Source: Pontiella sp. (GTDB taxonomy: Bacteria; Verrucomicrobiota; Kiritimatiellia; Kiritimatiellales; Pontiellaceae). Taken from it: a stretch of 64,000 bases of DNA. Of the stretch, positions 47,835 to 55,920 are shown piece after piece. A program made the translations under genes and the position numbers. The notes under the pieces were generated by a model. It did no database searches and was not told where the DNA came from. It saw nothing but the letters and a program-made list of their open reading frames with translations. The stretch is from positions 44,256 to 108,255 of the forward strand of contig JBNLDM010000117.1 of assembly GCA_050304335.1 (NCBI GenBank). Direction: 5' to 3'. Numbering within the stretch: position 1 is the stretch's first letter; each line of letters begins with the position of its first letter.

Positions 47835-48376
47835 GCAAACCACGCGTCGCCACCACATCGCTTGCCGGTTGTTTCGGCTGCCATATGTCGCTGCTGGATA
47901 TCGACGAGCGTATTCTTGATTTGATTGATCTGGTTGAGTTCGACCGTTCGCCGGTGGATGATATCAAGCACATTACGCAGCGCTGCGCGGTCGGTTTGAT
48001 CGAAGGCGGCTGCTGCAACGAGGAGAACGTGCATGTGCTCCACGAGTTTCGCAAAAACTGCGATGTCCTCATATCGTTCGGCGACTGCGCCACCATGGGC
48101 GGCATTCCGGCCATGCGGAACAATATTCCGCTGGAAGAGTGCATCAACGAGGCCTACCGCAGCGGTGTAACCGTCTACAATCCGCAGGGCATCACACCGC
48201 AGGATCCTGATATCCCGCTCCTGCTTGACCGGGTCTATCCCGCACACGAAGTGGTCAGGATCGACTATTTCCTGCCGGGGTGCCCGCCGTCGGCCGATAC
48301 GCTGTGGGCCGCGCTGACGGCCCTGCTGTCCGGCAAACCGGTTGAACTGCCGTATGAGCTGCTGAAATATGACTAG
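47831..48376 (+). CDS. hoxY: [NiFe] hydrogenase small subunit
   Basis: GCFGCHMS, IEGG, GDCA and LPGCPP motifs. Confidence 0.93.
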   Translation: MSKPRVATTSLAGCFGCHMSLLDIDERILDLIDLVEFDRSPVDDIKHITQRCAVGLIEGGCCNEENVHVLHEFRKNCDVLISFGDCATMGGIPAMRNNIPLEECINEAYRSGVTVYNPQGITPQDPDIPLLLDRVYPAHEVVRIDYFLPGCPPSADTLWAALTALLSGKPVELPYELLKYD

Positions 48377-48386
48377 GAGAGCTGCG

Positions 48387-49817
48387 ATGAGCACGAAAAA
48401 GATCATCATTGAACCGGTTACCCGCGTGGAAGGGCATGGCAAGGTGACCATCCTGCTGGACGAGGCCGGACAGGTCAGCCGGGCCCGGTTGCATATCGTC
48501 GAGTTCCGTGGTTTCGAGCGTTTCATCCAGGGCCGTCCCTACTGGGAGATCCCGGTGCTGGTACAACGCTTGTGCGGCATCTGTCCGGTCAGTCACCATC
48601 TCGCCGCCGCCAAGGCAATGGACGGCATCATAGGCGTCGACCAGTTGACACCGACCGCGGAAAAGATGCGGCGGCTTATGCATTACGGACAAACGTTTCA
48701 AAGCCACGCCCTGCATTTCTTCCATCTGGTATCGCCCGACCTGCTGTTCGGCTTCGATGCCGATCCAGCCGAACGGAATGTCATCGGTGTTGCCAGGAAA
48801 TTCCCTGAACTTGCGGTGCAGGGCGTTATGATGCGCAAGTTCGGGCAGGAGATCATCAAGGCGACGGCCGGCAAGAAAATCCACGGCACCGGGGCCGTGC
48901 CCGGCGGCATCAACAAGAACCTGTCCATCGATGAGCGCGACGGATTCCTGAAGGATATCGACCAGATGCTCGCGTGGTGCCATACGGCACTGCAGATCGC
49001 CAAGGACTATACCCTGCATCATATCAACGAACTGGTGGATTTCGGCTCCTTCGACTCCAATCACCTCTGTCTGGTGCGGGAAGACGGCGCGATGGATCTC
49101 TATCACGGCAATCTGCGGGCCATTGACGCAAAAGGGGGAAAGATTTTCGACCAGGTGGATTACCAGAGCTACTTCAAGTATATCTCCGAAGAGGTCAAGC
49201 CCTGGTCGTACATGAAGTTTCCGTTCATCTCGGATCTCGGTCCGGAAAACGGCTGGTACCGTGTCGGAGCCCTGGCGCGGGTGAATGCATGCGACTTTAT
49301 CGACACGCCCGAAGCCGAGGCCGCGCGCAGGGATTTCCTCGCGATCACTGCCGGCAAGCCCAACAACATCACGATGGCCTATCACTGGGCCCGGCAGATC
49401 GAACTGCTGCACGCCGGTGAAAAGATCCGCGAGCTGCTGAACGATCCCGACCTGCAGGGCACGGATCTGATGGTCAAGGGTGAGCGCAGGGGCGAGTCGG
49501 TCGGTCTGATCGAAGCGCCGCGCGGCACGCTGTTCCATCACTACAAGGTCGATGATAATGACCAGGTGACGATGGCCAATCTGATTGTATCGACGACCAG
49601 CAACAACACACCGATGAACCTGGCGGTGGAACGGGTTGCTAAAAAATATCTTTCCGGTACGGAAATCACGGAAGGCCTGCTCAATCGGGTGGAGGTGGCT
49701 ATCCGTGCCTACGACCCGTGTCTATCCTGTGCAACGCATGCCATGGGGCAGATGCCGCTGGTCATCGAGCTGGAGGACGCCAAAGGAAACATGCTCGACC
49801 GCCGTGTACGCGACTGA
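48387..49817 (+). CDS. hoxH: [NiFe] hydrogenase large subunit (group 3d)
   Basis: RVEGHG, L1 motif RLCGICP, EAPRGTL.HHY, and L2 motif YDPCLSCATH with a cleavable tail. Confidence 0.95.
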   Translation: MSTKKIIIEPVTRVEGHGKVTILLDEAGQVSRARLHIVEFRGFERFIQGRPYWEIPVLVQRLCGICPVSHHLAAAKAMDGIIGVDQLTPTAEKMRRLMHYGQTFQSHALHFFHLVSPDLLFGFDADPAERNVIGVARKFPELAVQGVMMRKFGQEIIKATAGKKIHGTGAVPGGINKNLSIDERDGFLKDIDQMLAWCHTALQIAKDYTLHHINELVDFGSFDSNHLCLVREDGAMDLYHGNLRAIDAKGGKIFDQVDYQSYFKYISEEVKPWSYMKFPFISDLGPENGWYRVGALARVNACDFIDTPEAEAARRDFLAITAGKPNNITMAYHWARQIELLHAGEKIRELLNDPDLQGTDLMVKGERRGESVGLIEAPRGTLFHHYKVDDNDQVTMANLIVSTTSNNTPMNLAVERVAKKYLSGTEITEGLLNRVEVAIRAYDPCLSCATHAMGQMPLVIELEDAKGNMLDRRVRD

Positions 49818-49836
49818 AGCCGGCGTTCGGTATTAT

Positions 49837-49889
49837 GCCGCGGATCAACACGGAGTCTTTTTCGGTGTTCATCCATGTTGATCTGTGGC
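49837..49889. repeat. 10-bp-period mirror repeat element
   Basis: GCCGCGGATCAACACGGA...TTCGGTGTTCATCCATGTTGATCTGTGGC. Confidence 0.7.
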
Positions 49890-49902
49890 TACTTTTGTTC
49901 AT

Positions 49903-50349
49903 ATGAAGATTCTGGTCATAGGCTATGGGAATCCGGGGCGGCTGGATGACGGACTGGGACCGGCATTTGCAGAACAGATACAGTCTCTGGCGATGCCGGA
50001 TGTTACGGTCGAAGCCAACTACCAGCTCAATATAGAGGATGCCGAGCTGATTTCCCGTTTCGAGGTCGTGGTCTTTGCCGATGCATCCGTCAATGCCGCC
50101 GAGCCGTTTGAATTCAAGCCCCTCGAAGCCGCTGAACCCATGGTTGGATTTTCCAGCCACAGTATTAGCGTCGCATCATTGCTTGGCCTGAGCGAACAGC
50201 TGTTCAACGCCAAACCGCATGCCTATACCATGGCCATCCGCGGGTACGATTTTGATGATTACGGGGAAGTGCTCTCTTCGCTGGCTCAACAGAACCTGAC
50301 CGCTGCAACGGCGTTTTTCCGGGAGTGGCTGTCGGCAAGGGGTGGCTAG
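49903..50349 (+). CDS. hoxW: Hydrogenase maturation protease
   Basis: LVIGYGN..R.DDG.G, QL..E, FADA and SH motifs. Confidence 0.88.
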   Translation: MKILVIGYGNPGRLDDGLGPAFAEQIQSLAMPDVTVEANYQLNIEDAELISRFEVVVFADASVNAAEPFEFKPLEAAEPMVGFSSHSISVASLLGLSEQLFNAKPHAYTMAIRGYDFDDYGEVLSSLAQQNLTAATAFFREWLSARGG

Positions 50350-50455
50350 AACCTATCCCAAAACCGCATGTGCATTCTTTCAACACGCGCAGAGTCCCTT
50401 CCGCGCCGAACTCAAGGCATGGAATCGCTGAACAGCGTGTTAGGATAGGTTCTAG
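50346..50455. mobile_element. Putative 110-bp MITE with terminal inverted repeats and CTAG ends
   Basis: CTAGAACCTATCCCAA...TTAGGATAGGTTCTAG (15/16 inverted match); no transposase inside. Confidence 0.65.
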
Positions 50456-50619
50456 TTCGGATTGCGATTATGTGTTGCCGCGTTCCGTGATCGCGGAGGC
50501 GGGGTCGGATCTGTTTTTGTATAGTATTGGCTTGGCAGGAATCATTGCGAAATCACGTTCCAGCCCTAACATCATCGCCTGCTTTAGGGATGATGCGGGT
50601 TAAGACGTTAAACCATTCT

Positions 50620-50635
50620 AACCTAAATACAGGTT
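50620..50635. promoter_or_regulatory. Candidate operator upstream of kdgK-eda
   Basis: AACCT-N6-AGGTT inverted repeat about 60 nt upstream of the ATG. Confidence 0.35.
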
Positions 50636-50692
50636 CACATTTTTTTATCGGCAGGTATGATTGAGGCCGATTTTTCAATAACTGGAGGAGCG

Positions 50693-51790
50693 ATGAATCT
50701 TAAAGTCAGGTCCGCGGAAGAGTGTCGATACGATATTCTGTCCTTAGGAGAAGTGATGCTGCGTCTGGATCCGGGCGAAGGACGTATCCGCACGGCGCGT
50801 GAATTCCGGGCATGGGAAGGCGGCGGCGAATACAATGTGGCCCGCGGCTTGCGCCGTTGCTTCGGACAGCGTGCCGCCGTCGTGACCGCGTTCGCAAAGA
50901 ACGAAGTCGGATTACTGATGGAGGATTTCATCCTGCAGGGCGGGGTGGATACCTCGCTGATCAAATGGGTGGATTATGACGGCATCGGCCGGTCGGTACG
51001 CAACGGGCTGAACTTTACGGAACGCGGCTTCGGCATTCGAGGTGCAGTAGGTTGTTCAGATCGTGGCAACACGGCGGCTTCACAACTGAAGGCCGGCGAC
51101 ATTGACTGGGAACATATTTTCGGAACGCTGGGTGTGCGCTGGTTCCATACCGGCGGCATCTTTGCCGCACTGTCCGAAACCACCGGCGAGGTGGTTATCG
51201 AAGCAGCCCGGTCGGCCAAAAAGCATGGAACCATTGTTTCCTACGACCTCAACTATCGTCCGTCGCTCTGGAAGGGATTCGGCGGTCTGGATAAATGCCG
51301 CGAAATCAACCGAGAGATTGCGAAGTATGTTGATGTAATGATCGGCAACGAAGAAGACTTTACCGCCTGCCTCGGATTTGAGATCGAAGGTGCAGATGAA
51401 AACCTGACCGATCTGGAGGTCGGCGCGTTCCAGAAGATGATTTCCAGGGCGGTGAAGGAATACCCGAACTTCAAGGCGACTGCCACCACTATGCGCGGTG
51501 TGAAGACGGCCACCATCAACGACTGGGGAGCCATGTGCTGGGTGGACGGCGGGTTCTACACCGCCACGCATCGTCCCGGACTGGAAATCATGGATCGTGT
51601 CGGCGGCGGCGACAGCTTTGCCTCCGGCTTCATCTACGGCATGATGATCCTGCAGGATCCGGCGCAGGCAATCGAATACGGTGCGGCCCATGGCGCACTC
51701 GCCATGACCACGCCGGGCGACACGACCATGGCGTCGCTGTCGGAAGTGGAAAAAATCGTTGCCGGCGCCGGCGCGCGGGTGGATCGATAG
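50693..51790 (+). CDS. kdgK: 2-keto-3-deoxygluconate kinase (PfkB family)
   Basis: GEVMLRL, GGGEYNVA, SYDLNYR, GNEED and DRVGGGDSFA motifs; adjacent to eda. Confidence 0.88.
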   Translation: MNLKVRSAEECRYDILSLGEVMLRLDPGEGRIRTAREFRAWEGGGEYNVARGLRRCFGQRAAVVTAFAKNEVGLLMEDFILQGGVDTSLIKWVDYDGIGRSVRNGLNFTERGFGIRGAVGCSDRGNTAASQLKAGDIDWEHIFGTLGVRWFHTGGIFAALSETTGEVVIEAARSAKKHGTIVSYDLNYRPSLWKGFGGLDKCREINREIAKYVDVMIGNEEDFTACLGFEIEGADENLTDLEVGAFQKMISRAVKEYPNFKATATTMRGVKTATINDWGAMCWVDGGFYTATHRPGLEIMDRVGGGDSFASGFIYGMMILQDPAQAIEYGAAHGALAMTTPGDTTMASLSEVEKIVAGAGARVDR

Positions 51791-51797
51791 AGAAAAA

Positions 51798-51871
51798 TAA
51801 ACTCGAAGACACCAAGGTCTCAGTGGAAATGAAGTTGAAATGGCTTCGTGATCTTCGTGGCTTTGTGTTTA
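51798..51871. repeat. 8/9-bp-period mirror repeat element
   Basis: TAAACTCGAAGACACCAAGGTCTC...CTTCGTGATCTTCGTGGCTTTGTGTTTA. Confidence 0.65.
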
Positions 51872-51895
51872 ACCAATTCTGGTGGAGGAGTTGAG

Positions 51896-52528
51896 ATGTT
51901 AGAGGAACTGCTTAAACGACCGGTGATTCCCGTGATTGTGATCGATGATGCCAACGATGCGGAACCGCTTGCCGAAGCCTTGCTGAAGGGCGGCATGGAT
52001 GTGATTGAGGTAACCTGCCGTACAGCGGCTGCACCGGAGGCGCTGGCCCGCATTAAGAAGTCGTTCCCCGAAATGATGGTGGGTGCCGGTACTGTCGTGA
52101 CACCTGAACAGGCCAAAATGTGCATTGATGTGGGGGTGAGTTTCGGGCTGGCACCGGGGCTGAATCCCGACACGGTCACCTTCTTCCAGACAAACAATAC
52201 CCTGTTTATTCCGGGTGTCATGACGGCTTCGGAGATCGAAGCGGGCCTGGGGCTGGGATGCAGGCTGCTCAAGTTTTTCCCGGCCGGGGCGGCCGGTGGT
52301 GTTAACATGCTCAAGAATCTGGGAGCTCCATATGCATCGCTCGGCGTGCGCTTCTGTCCAACCGGCGGCGTAAGCCTCGACAACATGCTGGACTATCTCT
52401 CGATGCCGATCGTGAGTGCCATAGGCGGATCCTGGCTGGCGACGAAACAGCAGATTTCCGACAAGCAGTGGGATGTCATCACCCGGCAGGTCAAGGACGC
52501 CCTCGCCAGGGCGGCAGAACTCCAGTAG
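51896..52528 (+). CDS. eda: KDPG/KHG aldolase
   Basis: VIPV, IEVTCR, GAGTV, PGV.T.SE, KFFPA and PTGGV motifs. Confidence 0.94.
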   Translation: MLEELLKRPVIPVIVIDDANDAEPLAEALLKGGMDVIEVTCRTAAAPEALARIKKSFPEMMVGAGTVVTPEQAKMCIDVGVSFGLAPGLNPDTVTFFQTNNTLFIPGVMTASEIEAGLGLGCRLLKFFPAGAAGGVNMLKNLGAPYASLGVRFCPTGGVSLDNMLDYLSMPIVSAIGGSWLATKQQISDKQWDVITRQVKDALARAAELQ

Positions 52529-52569
52529 CGGGTTGTTGAGTGATGGTTGTTGGGGTTGGTGCGCTCAAG

Positions 52570-52618
52570 GGTAGGACGCTTTCGATGAAAGCGCCGCGGG
52601 CGTCGAGCCGTCCATGCC
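52570..52618. repeat. REP doublet related to 17887-17963, in opposite orientation
   Basis: GGTAGGACGCTTTCGATGAAAGCGCC plus an inverted GGCATGGACGGCTCGACG. Confidence 0.65.
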
Positions 52619-52648
52619 TAAGATATGCTTAAGACTGCAACAGGGAGT

Positions 52649-53311
52649 CTACTCAAAGTTGGCCTTGAACGACTCAAACGCCGTCTTCAGATCAGCCAGC
52701 TCTTCGCGGAGCTGGGCGATTTCGTTTTCAAGCTGTTCGACACGGTCATCGGCCGGGGAGGCGGTAGCATCGGTCGATGCAGTGCCAGGTGATTCCTGTT
52801 TCTCCGCCGGTTCGCCTGCAAAAAGGTGCGCCCAGCGGCGTTCGCGCTTTCCGGGTTCGCGGGGAAGATGAACCACGAACGGGCCTTGCGGGTGGTCGAC
52901 CAGTCCCTGCAGGATGTCTTCGACTTCCCGGGCATCGGCGAGCGGGTGCAGGCGCGAGGCGTGTGCGCGTAGGTCGCCCGGGGTCTGCGGTCCGCGGATG
53001 AACAGCTCGCACAGAACCGCCATCTTGGCCGGTGAAAAATTCCAGTGTGCCGCCATGTTGTGACGGTATTTGGCCACCCGGCTTCCCGCGGCATCGACGA
53101 CAACCGCCAGCTTGTGGTTTAAGCGCAGGGAGTCCAGCGCATGCTCAACCGTCAGTTCCTCGAGCGCCATCGCCGGAAAGCGGTTTGACTTCTGGTTGCA
53201 GGCGTTCACCAGGGCGTTGAGGGTCAGCGGATAGTATTCCGGCGTCGCCATCTCCTTTTCGATCAGGCACCCAAGCACACGCTCTTCGATAGGATTCAGT
53301 TCCACATCCAT
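52649..53311 (-). CDS. YceH/UPF0502 (DUF480) family protein
   Basis: E.RVLGCL.EK..TPEYYPLTLNAL..ACNQKSNR, RGPQTPG and PG.RE.RW.HL motifs. Confidence 0.92.
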   Translation of the reverse strand: MDVELNPIEERVLGCLIEKEMATPEYYPLTLNALVNACNQKSNRFPAMALEELTVEHALDSLRLNHKLAVVVDAAGSRVAKYRHNMAAHWNFSPAKMAVLCELFIRGPQTPGDLRAHASRLHPLADAREVEDILQGLVDHPQGPFVVHLPREPGKRERRWAHLFAGEPAEKQESPGTASTDATASPADDRVEQLENEIAQLREELADLKTAFESFKANFE

Positions 53312-53442
53312 AGCTTATTCTCTTACCGTTACTTCTTCATTTACTATGATGAAGTTCGGAGCGAAATACCAACGTATATCGGAGGGTCATGCGAGGCCGG
53401 TGAGTCGATGTCGACGGCTAACCGCACGTCATCACAGGGTGG

Positions 53443-54516
53443 TTACAGCTTTCCCACCTCGACCTTGTAGTATCCACTCGTAGAAACGTTTGAGGTATAG
53501 CTGTTTTGAGGATAGGTGATGCCGCTTGCAATCGGCGTGAACGGCGTACCCAGGTCGTCAGTCCATTGGATCGTATAGACGCGACCCGTAACCGCGTTCC
53601 AGTCGAATACCATGTCGGTTGAATTCAGGTACGAACTTGTAATGTGGAAATACGAGGTGTTGTCGGTGGGAATCGTTCCGGCGATATACTCCCTGTAGTT
53701 GTTGAAGCTGTCAAGGTCGCTGTCCACGAGGGGATTGCAGTTGGTGTAGTGGCCGAAATAGGTGGTTTCCCAACTGTCGGGTATCCCGTCTCCATCCAGG
53801 TCGCCACCACCGCCCCCGCCAAGGTACGAGCTGAAATCGGTTAAGATAAAGGTTGAAGCATCGTAACCCTGTCCGGCGGATAAACCAACATAGGTGTTGT
53901 GACCCGAGAAGTAGGGCGTGTCGATATATGAAAAGCGTATGGTTCCTGCTGGATGCCCCAATCCTTCTTCCAGAAACAGTTCGCACTGCACCGTGACGGT
54001 TTCGGCGGAACCGTGGGCGTTTGCCACATCTTCATAGGTGATGACGAAGCGCCAGGGACTCGCCGTGCTCAAGTGGTAGATTGTTCCACCCAGGTTGGTG
54101 TTCAAGTGGTTCCAGAAGAATGAAATGCGGGGAACTGCAAACTGGTCGTCTATATCAGGCCAGTATCTATTGTATCCGCCAAAGGTCAGGTTTCCGTTAC
54201 TGTTTAGATACACCCCGTTCCATGAAGTTCCAAAATAAGTAAAATTCCCCCCGATACCAAGACCAACATAGCCATTATCACCCAGGTTATGGTAGTTCGG
54301 TGCGCCAATGTTTACATCACCGCTTGTCCAGTCTACGGGAAGGTTGGTGATCGATTCCGCAGAGACCGTATAGTTGTCTGATCCATCCGGAGTAAAGATG
54401 ACAGAGGTATTATTCAGGTCAAACGTTCCATAGAATATTTCCGTGAGCCAATCGGTTGCATGCGCGCTCATGCTCAGGCTTAAAGCTATGCTGAAGATCA
54501 TGGTTATTCTTCTCAT
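53443..54516 (-). CDS. Secreted protein: NIDO-like domain plus Asp-rich DxDGDG repeats and C-terminal beta domain (copy 2)
   Basis: Signal peptide AHA-T; F.YFG....VYLNSNG.LTF, I..FW..L, QCELF; DLDGDGIPDSWE..YFG and EYIAGT.P. Confidence 0.75.
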   Translation of the reverse strand: MRRITMIFSIALSLSMSAHATDWLTEIFYGTFDLNNTSVIFTPDGSDNYTVSAESITNLPVDWTSGDVNIGAPNYHNLGDNGYVGLGIGGNFTYFGTSWNGVYLNSNGNLTFGGYNRYWPDIDDQFAVPRISFFWNHLNTNLGGTIYHLSTASPWRFVITYEDVANAHGSAETVTVQCELFLEEGLGHPAGTIRFSYIDTPYFSGHNTYVGLSAGQGYDASTFILTDFSSYLGGGGGGDLDGDGIPDSWETTYFGHYTNCNPLVDSDLDSFNNYREYIAGTIPTDNTSYFHITSSYLNSTDMVFDWNAVTGRVYTIQWTDDLGTPFTPIASGITYPQNSYTSNVSTSGYYKVEVGKL

Positions 54517-54629
54517 CTCTCACTCCCGTTCCTTGTTTGTTAACCAGCTCTCCGCAGAATACGAAATGCCGTGTGATACTCTATTATTATTTCCACCCTG
54601 GATTATAAACCTGTAAACCGGTGGGCCGA

Positions 54630-55691
54630 CTACGGAGCCAGTTCGACTTCGACCGTGTAATAACCCTCTGCAGAACTTACCGTCGATGTGTAGCTGTTCA
54701 GGGGATAGGAAAGACCCGTTGCCACCGAGCTGAAGGCTGAGCCCAGGCTGTCGGTCCACTTGACCGAGTACAGTCTTCCCTGTACTGCGTTCCAGTTTAG
54801 GATCATATCGGTCGAATTGAGGTACATGCTGGTGATGCGGAAGTATGACGTGTTGTCCTTGGGGAGGGTGCCGGCAATGTATTCCTGCAGGTTGCTGAAG
54901 CCATCGAGGTCGAAATCGTTGGTGGGGTTGCAGGCACCATAGCTTCCGAAATAGGTTGTTTCCCATGTGTCGGATATACCGTCTTCGTCGATGTCGTCCG
55001 CGGTGACCAGATAGGAGCTGAAATCGGTGTCCACATAATTGGCTGAGTTGTATCCCTGTGCTACGGACAAGCCGATAATTGTATAGCCTATACAGTCGGT
55101 GTCGATCCAGGAGAGACGGACTCTTCCGTCATCTAAAAAGAACTCACATTGTGCCGTCACGGTGTAGTTCGTATTGCCAATATGAGGGACATTGTCGTAG
55201 GTAATCACATAGCGTTCCGGATCACTGACCCGAGCCCAGCTGATTTCGCCTCCGGCCGGCGGATAAAGATCATCCCAAAAAAGCGAGATGCGGTCTAAAT
55301 CAAAATGATCGGTCAGGGATGGTGTAAAATCACCGTCGGACTGGTTGAAAGTAATGTATCCATTGCTTCCAATACGCATTCTAACGTAATACGTGCCGAA
55401 GTACGGGACATATCCATACTCAAACGGGACGATCTGAACACTGTCATCATTCATAGTGAGGTAGGTTTCATTGGGCACGTCGTCCAGATTAACGGGCAGT
55501 TCCGTTATTGTTTCCGCGGAAATGGTGTAGTTCGTGGTTTCTTCCAGCGAAGGCCCCTCCGGCGTAAAGGTCACGGCGACGCCGTTGAGGTCGAAGGTGC
55601 TGTAGCTGAACTGCTGCGTGAGCCAATCTGCTGCATGCACCGCAACGCCCGTACCCAATGCCAGAACGGCAGGAACAAGCTTCTTTACCAT
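54630..55691 (-). CDS. Secreted protein: NIDO-like domain plus Asp-rich repeats and C-terminal beta domain (copy 1)
   Basis: Signal peptide VHA-A; PYFGT...IGSNGYITF, ISLFWDDL.P, QCEFF; DIDEDGISDTWE..YFG; paralogue of the adjacent gene. Confidence 0.75.
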   Translation of the reverse strand: MVKKLVPAVLALGTGVAVHAADWLTQQFSYSTFDLNGVAVTFTPEGPSLEETTNYTISAETITELPVNLDDVPNETYLTMNDDSVQIVPFEYGYVPYFGTYYVRMRIGSNGYITFNQSDGDFTPSLTDHFDLDRISLFWDDLYPPAGGEISWARVSDPERYVITYDNVPHIGNTNYTVTAQCEFFLDDGRVRLSWIDTDCIGYTIIGLSVAQGYNSANYVDTDFSSYLVTADDIDEDGISDTWETTYFGSYGACNPTNDFDLDGFSNLQEYIAGTLPKDNTSYFRITSMYLNSTDMILNWNAVQGRLYSVKWTDSLGSAFSSVATGLSYPLNSYTSTVSSAEGYYTVEVELAP

Positions 55692-55920
55692 TGTATTTCC
55701 CCCTTGGTTTTATCTGTCACCTGGTCCCCGCCAGGCATTCAGAATGCAGATATTCAAACCTTAGTGCATTAGTGTCCGCAATCAAGCGAAAAGAGTATTA
55801 GTATTGTATCGAAGGCTTGTTAAGGAGTGGTTTGTCTTAATGGCGGCGTGGGGCTGCCAGTATCGGGTGATGCTCGCCTACCGGGCCAGCGTCAGTGGAC
55901 ATAATAGCTGCGATGCAGCC

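Noticed and set aside
48387-49817. [NiFeSe] hydrogenase or selenocysteine recoding
   Set aside because: The L2 motif is DPCLSC with ordinary Cys codons and there is no in-frame TGA
53381-53440. Possible REP remnant beginning GGAGGGTC
   Set aside because: Only a short match to 7615-7666 and no clean hairpin
55800-55920. Possible riboswitch upstream of the secreted paralogues
   Set aside because: GGCTGC...GCAGCC pairing exists, but I could not match any known riboswitch consensus
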